A stretch of 64,000 nucleotides of DNA. Source: the human T2T-CHM13v2.0 reference genome, Homo sapiens. Position 1 is the stretch's first letter. Every line of letters starts with the position of its first letter. Positions 57,344 through 64,000 of the stretch are shown one piece after another. Location: the NCBI RefSeq assembly GCF_009914755.1, contig NC_060939.1; one strand, written 5' to 3'. The notes below the pieces were generated by a model that was given only the letters and a program-made list of their open reading frames with translations, was not told the DNA's origin and did no database searches. The position numbers were made by a program, and so were the translations under genes.

Positions 57344-60300
57344 TTCGATTTCATTCCAATCCATTCGATTCCATTCCATACTATTGCATTCCATTCTATT
57401 ACATTTTATTCGAATAAGTTCCATTCAAGACCATTTCTTTTGAGTCCATTCTATTTGAGTCCATTCTATTTGAATCCATTCCCTTTGATTCCATAACATT
57501 TGAGTCCATTCAATTCCATTCCTTTCGTTTCCATTCCATTTGATGCCATTCCATTCAATTCTGTTCTACTCGACTCCAATACATTCAATTCCATTCCATC
57601 CGATTCCATTACATTCTTTTCATTTCTTATCCATTTCAAGCCATTCCACTCCATTCCATTCCACTCGTTTCCTTTCCATTCGAGTCCATTCCTCTCCAGT
57701 CCATTCCGTTCAATCCATTCCATTCCAGTCCATTCCATTCGAGTCCGTTCCATTCCATTCCATTCCATTCGAGTCAATTCCATTCCATTCGATGTCTTTC
57801 CATAACGATCCATTCCATTCTATTCCTTTCGATTCCATTCCATTCTATTTCATTCCATTCGATTCCCTTCCATTGGACTCCTTTCCATTCGAGTGCATTC
57901 CATTCCGTTCCATTTCTTTCCGTTCTGTACGATTCCTACCGTTCGATTTCATTTTGTTCCAGTCCATTCCTTTCGCGTCCATTCCATTCCATTTCACTCC
58001 ATTCGGTTCCATTCCACTCGATTCCACTTCGTTCCATTTCATTGCATTCCATTCTATTCAACTCTATTGCCTTCCATTCCATTCCATTCGATTACATTCC
58101 ATGCGATTCCATTCGAAATCGAATCAATTACATTGCAATCCATTACTATTGAGTCCATTTTATTCCAGTCCACTGCATTCTGGTCCATTCCATTTGATTC
58201 CATTCCATTCTATTCCATTCCATACAGTTGCATTCCATTGGATTCCATTCTATATCTATAAATTCAATTCGAGACCATTGCTTTTGAATCCATTCCATAT
58301 GATTCCATTCCATTCAAGTCCATTACATTTGGTTCAATTCCATTCCATTCCATTCCCTTCCATTCCATTCCAGTTGATATCAATCCATTCGATTCCATTC
58401 CATTCGAGCACATTCCATTGGAGTCCATTCCATTCGATGCCATTCCATTTGATTCTATTCCATTAGTCTCCATTCAATTCCATTAATCTCCATTCCATTC
58501 CATTCTACTCCAACTGATTCCATTCCATTCTATTCCTTTCCATTCCATTTCATTCCATTCCATTCCATTTCATTCCATTCCATTCCATTCGCTTCCATTC
58601 CATTCGTGTCCATTCCACTCCAGTCCATTCCATTCGTGTCCATTCCATTCCAGTCCATTCCATTTGTGTCCACTGCATTCCATTCCACTCCATTCCATAT
58701 TATTCCATTACACTCCATTCCATTCTATTACTTTCATTTCCATTCAATTCCATTCCATTTGATTCCATTCCACTCGGTTTCATTCCATTTGAGTCCACTC
58801 CATTCCATTCCATTCCATTCCATTCACTTCCATTCCATTCCGTTCCATTCCTTTCCGTTCCATTGCATTCCATTCCATTCGGTACCATTCCATATTGTTC
58901 CATTCGATTCCATTCGAATCCATTCCATTCCAGTCCATTCCATTCGATTCCATTCCATTCCTTTCAATTCCATTCCATTCCATTCCATTCCACTTGATTC
59001 CACTCCATTCCCTTCCACTGCATTCCATTCGATTCCATTCCATTGCATTGCATTCCATTCCATTGGACTGCATTCCATTCGATTCCATTCCATTCGAATC
59101 AATTACATAGCAATCCATTACATTCGGGTCTATTCTATTCCGTTCCATTCGATTTCGTTCCAATCCATTCGATTCCATTCCATTCGATTCCATTCCATAC
59201 TATTGCATTCCATTCGATTACATTATATTCGAATAAGTTGCATTCAAGACCATTTCTTTTGAGTCCATTCTATTTGAGTCCATTCCCTTTGATTCCATAA
59301 CATTTGAGTCCATTCAATTCCATTCCTTTCGTTTGCATTCCATTTGATGCCATTCCATTCAATTCTGTTCTACTCGACTCCAATACATTCAATTCCATTC
59401 CATCCGATTCCATTACATTCTTTTCATTTCTTATCCATTTCAAGCCATTCCACTCCATTCCATTCCACTCGTTTCCTTTCCATTCGAGTCCATTCCTCTC
59501 CAGTCCATTCCGTTCAATCCATTCCATTACAGTCCATTCCATTCGAGTCCGTTCCATTCCAGTCCAATCCATTCGAGTCAATTCCATCCCATTCGATGTC
59601 TTTCCATAACGATCCATTCCATTCTATTCCTTTCGATTCCATTCCATTCTATTTCATTCCATTCGATTCCCTTCCATTGGACTCCTTTCCATTCGAGTGC
59701 ATTCCATTCCGTTCCATTTCTTTCCGTTCTGTACGATTCCTACCGTTCGATTTCATTTTGTTCCAGTCCATTCCTTTCGCGTCCATTCCATTCCATTTCA
59801 CTCCATTCGATTCCATTCCACTCGATTCCACTTCGTTCCATTTCATTGCATTCCATTCTATTCAACTCTATTGCCTTCCATTCCATTCCATTCGATTACA
59901 TTCCATGCGATTCCATTCGAAATCGAATCAATTACATTGCAATCCATTACTATTGAGTCCATTTTATTCCAGTCCACTGCATTCTGGTCCATTCCATTTG
60001 ATTCCATTCCATTCTATTCCATTCCATACAGTTGCATTCCATTGGATTCCATTCTATATCTATAAATTCAATTCGAGACCATTGCTTTTGAGTCCATTCT
60101 ATATGATTCCATTCCATTCAAGTCCATTACATTTGGTTCAAATCCATTCCATTCCATTCCCTTCCATTCCATTCCAGTTGATATCAATCCATTCGATTCC
60201 ATTCCATTCGAGCACATTCCATTCGAGTCCATTCCATTCGATGCCATTCCATTTGATTCTATTCCATTAGTCTCCATTCAATTCCATTAATCTCCATTCC

Positions 60301-63300
60301 ATTCCATTCTACTCCAACTGATTCCATTCCATTCTATTCCTTTCCATTCCATTTCATTCCATTCCATTCCATTCCATTCCATTCCATTCCATTCCATTCG
60401 CTTCCATTCCATTTGTGTCCATTCCACTCCAGTCCATTCCATTCGTGTCCATTCCATTCCAGTCCATTCCATTTGTGTCCACTGCATTCTATTCCACTCC
60501 ATTCCATATTATTCCATTACACTCCATTCCATTCTATTACTTTCATTTCCATTCAATTCCGTTGCATTTGATTCCATTCCACACGGTTTCATTCCATTTG
60601 AGTCCACTCCATTCCATTCCATTCCATTCCGTTCAGTTCCATTCCATTCTGTTCCATTCCATTCCGTTCCATTGCATTACATTCCATTCGGTACCATTCC
60701 ACATTGTTCCATTCGATTCCATTCGAATCCATTCCATTCCAGTCCATTCCATTCGATTCCATTCCATTCCTTTCAATTCTATTCCATTCCATTCCATTCC
60801 ACTTGATTCCACTCCATTCCATTCCACTGCATTCCATTCGATTCCATTCCATTGCATTGCATTCCATTCCATTGGACTGCATTCCATTCGATTCCATTCC
60901 ATTCGAATCAATTACATAGCAATCCATTACATTCGGGTCTATTCTATTCCGTTCCTTTCGATTTCATTCCAATCCATTCGATTCCATTCCATACTATTGC
61001 ATTCCATTCTATTACATTTTATTCGAATAAGTTCCATTCAAGACCATTTCTTTTGAGTCCATTCTATTTGAGTCCATTCTATTTGAATCCATTCCCTTTG
61101 ATTCCATAACATTTGAGTCCATTCAATTCCATTCCTTTCGTTTCCATTCCATTTGATGCCATTCCATTCAATTCTGTTCTACTCGACTCCAATACATTCA
61201 ATTCCATTCCATCCGATTCCATTACATTCTTTTCATTTCTTATCCATTTCAAGCCATTCCACTCCATTCCATTCCACTCGTTTCCTTTCCATTCGAGTCC
61301 ATTCCTCTCCAGTCCATTCCGTTCAATCCATTCCATTCCAGTCCATTCCATTCGAGTCCGTTCCATTCCATTCCATTCCATTCGAGTCAATTCCATTCCA
61401 TTCGATGTCTTTCCATAACGATCCATTCCATTCTATTCCTTTCGATTCCATTCCATTCTATTTCATTCCATTCGATTCCCTTCCATTGGACTCCTTTCCA
61501 TTCGAGTGCATTCCATTCCGTTCCATTTCTTTCCGTTCTGTACGATTCCTACCGTTCGATTTCATTTTGTTCCAGTCCATTCCTTTCGCGTCCATTCCAT
61601 TCCATTTCACTCCATTCGGTTCCATTCCACTCGATTCCACTTCGTTCCATTTCATTGCATTCCATTCTATTCAACTCTATTGCCTTCCATTCCATTCCAT
61701 TCGATTACATTCCATGCGATTCCATTCGAAATCGAATCAATTACATTGCAATCCATTACTATTGAGTCCATTTTATTCCAGTCCACTGCATTCTGGTCCA
61801 TTCCATTTGATTCCATTCCATTCTATTCCATTCCATACAGTTGCATTCCATTGGATTCCATTCTATATCTATAAATTCAATTCGAGACCATTGCTTTTGA
61901 ATCCATTCCATATGATTCCATTCCATTCAAGTCCATTACATTTGGTTCAATTCCATTCCATTCCATTCCCTTCCATTCCATTCCAGTTGATATCAATCCA
62001 TTCGATTCCATTCCATTCGAGCACATTCCATTGGAGTCCATTCCATTCGATGCCATTCCATTTGATTCTATTCCATTAGTCTCCATTCAATTCCATTAAT
62101 CTCCATTCCATTCCATTCTACTCCAACTGATTCCATTCCATTCTATTCCTTTCCATTCCATTTCATTCCATTCCATTCCATTTCATTCCATTCCATTCCA
62201 TTCGCTTCCATTCCATTCGTGTCCATTCCACTCCAGTCCATTCCATTCGTGTCCATTCCATTCCAGTCCATTCCATTTGTGTCCACTGCATTCCATTCCA
62301 CTCCATTCCATATTATTCCATTACACTCCATTCCATTCTATTACTTTCATTTCCATTCAATTCCATTCCATTTGATTCCATTCCACTCGGTTTCATTCCA
62401 TTTGAGTCCACTCCATTCCATTCCATTCCATTCCATTCACTTCCATTCCATTCCGTTCCATTCCTTTCCGTTCCATTGCATTCCATTCCATTCGGTACCA
62501 TTCCATATTGTTCCATTCGATTCCATTCGAATCCATTCCATTCCAGTCCATTCCATTCGATTCCATTCCATTCCTTTCAATTCCATTCCATTCCATTCCA
62601 TTCCACTTGATTCCACTCCATTCCCTTCCACTGCATTCCATTCGATTCCATTCCATTGCATTGCATTCCATTCCATTGGACTGCATTCCATTCGATTCCA
62701 TTCCATTCGAATCAATTACATAGCAATCCATTACATTCGGGTCTATTCTATTCCGTTCCATTCGATTTCGTTCCAATCCATTCGATTCCATTCCATTCGA
62801 TTCCATTCCATACTATTGCATTCCATTCGATTACATTATATTCGAATAAGTTGCATTCAAGACCATTTCTTTTGAGTCCATTCTATTTGAGTCCATTCCC
62901 TTTGATTCCATAACATTTGAGTCCATTCAATTCCATTCCTTTCGTTTGCATTCCATTTGATGCCATTCCATTCAATTCTGTTCTACTCGACTCCAATACA
63001 TTCAATTCCATTCCATCCGATTCCATTACATTCTTTTCATTTCTTATCCATTTCAAGCCATTCCACTCCATTCCATTCCACTCGTTTCCTTTCCATTCGA
63101 GTCCATTCCTCTCCAGTCCATTCCGTTCAATCCATTCCATTACAGTCCATTCCATTCGAGTCCGTTCCATTCCAGTCCAATCCATTCGAGTCAATTCCAT
63201 CCCATTCGATGTCTTTCCATAACGATCCATTCCATTCTATTCCTTTCGATTCCATTCCATTCTATTTCATTCCATTCGATTCCCTTCCATTGGACTCCTT

Positions 63301-64000
63301 TCCATTCGAGTGCATTCCATTCCGTTCCATTTCTTTCCGTTCTGTACGATTCCTACCGTTCGATTTCATTTTGTTCCAGTCCATTCCTTTCGCGTCCATT
63401 CCATTCCATTTCACTCCATTCGATTCCATTCCACTCGATTCCACTTCGTTCCATTTCATTGCATTCCATTCTATTCAACTCTATTGCCTTCCATTCCATT
63501 CCATTCGATTACATTCCATGCGATTCCATTCGAAATCGAATCAATTACATTGCAATCCATTACTATTGAGTCCATTTTATTCCAGTCCACTGCATTCTGG
63601 TCCATTCCATTTGATTCCATTCCATTCTATTCCATTCCATACAGTTGCATTCCATTGGATTCCATTCTATATCTATAAATTCAATTCGAGACCATTGCTT
63701 TTGAGTCCATTCTATATGATTCCATTCCATTCAAGTCCATTACATTTGGTTCAAATCCATTCCATTCCATTCCCTTCCATTCCATTCCAGTTGATATCAA
63801 TCCATTCGATTCCATTCCATTCGAGCACATTCCATTCGAGTCCATTCCATTCGATGCCATTCCATTTGATTCTATTCCATTAGTCTCCATTCAATTCCAT
63901 TAATCTCCATTCCATTCCATTCTACTCCAACTGATTCCATTCCATTCTATTCCTTTCCATTCCATTTCATTCCATTCCATTCCATTCCATTCCATTCCAT
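57344..64000 (+). repeat. 3,613-bp two-unit tandem duplication (right-truncated)
   Basis: Units 57500/61113 and 59304/62917 are both offset by 3613. They share private variants (ATTCGGTTCC, TTGAATCCATTCCATAT, TTGGAGTCC, AAGTTGCATT, GGTTCAAATCC). Confidence 0.92.

Larger units (their letters stand above)
1..64000 (+). repeat. Human satellite 3 (HSat3/SatIII) array, diverged (CATTC)n, C-rich strand on +
   Basis: CATTC/ATTCC pentamers dominate every line, with CATTCGATTC, GAGTC and CAGTC variants and long pure (CATTC)n runs typical of HSat3 rather than HSat2. No strand switch or non-satellite insertion was seen. Confidence 0.97.
192..64000 (+). repeat. ~1.8 kb higher-order tandem unit, 36 unit starts in window (1.8-kb KpnI satellite III, D15Z1/HSat3A5-like)
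   Basis: The same landmark (TTGAGTCCATTCAATTCC, start of the 'MSPFNS' pseudo-ORF) recurs at 192, 1951, 3744, 5538, 7342, 9101, 10895, 12683, 14452, 16221 ... 57500, 59304, 61113, 62917. Spacings are 1759-1864 bp. GGTACC occurs once per unit (1528, 3316 ... 62494) and GATATC once per unit (1068 ...). The periodicity is seen directly; the D15Z1/chr15 identity is from recalled literature on the 1.8-kb KpnI SatIII family. Confidence 0.85.

Noticed and set aside
232-63883. Recurrent 308-aa and other + strand ORFs (SIPFH-rich)
   Set aside because: These are direct translations of (CATTC)n, which lacks stop codons. They are low complexity, start at TTG/GTG, are open in several frames and are freely frameshifted between units. 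There is no evidence of coding.
158-63890. Minus-strand MEWNG-repeat ORFs
   Set aside because: These are translations of (GGAAT)n, where ATG occurs in every pentamer junction. They are well-known spurious satellite ORFs.
1-64000. CRISPR-like or other repeat-spacer array
   Set aside because: There are no unique spacers, the sequence between landmarks is itself repeated, and there are no cas-like genes.
1-64000. Embedded transposon (Alu/L1), inversion or unique island
   Set aside because: I saw no poly-A tail, target-site duplication, strand switch to GGAAT or non-satellite segment anywhere.
1-64000. HSat2 (chr1 1.77 kb unit) or DYZ1 (3.56 kb) identity
   Set aside because: Long pure CATTC runs and the absence of the regular CATTCGATTC/GATGAT 23-26 bp HSat2 pattern argue against HSat2. 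The basic period is 1.8 kb with KpnI, and the 3.6 kb offsets here are local dimers, not the base unit.
1-64000. A novel gene-encoded biological system
   Set aside because: Nothing in the sequence supports one. All structure is explained by satellite amplification, slippage and recombination.

Overview
The whole 64 kb is one uninterrupted, single-orientation array of primate/human classical satellite 3 (HSat3), with diverged (CATTC)n on + and (GGAAT)n on -. It is organised as about 36 head-to-tail ~1.8 kb units (1759-1864 bp), and each complete unit carries one KpnI site. This fits the 1.8-kb KpnI satellite III family (D15Z1/HSat3A5-like, chr15 short arm); that assignment comes from recalled knowledge, not a search. 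I see no genes, RNA genes, transposons or CRISPR arrays. All ORFs in the track are artefacts of a stop-poor pentamer, and I found no support for a new gene-based system. The real signal is nested duplication history. It includes an ancient ~0.9 kb dimer inside the unit, conserved pentamer phase slips, a near-perfect 16,029-bp nine-unit tandem duplication, 3.6 kb and 1.8 kb duplications, two unit haplotypes with a domain switch near 47.6 kb, mosaic units, and small in-phase microduplications. All comparisons were done by eye and from the ORF track offsets.
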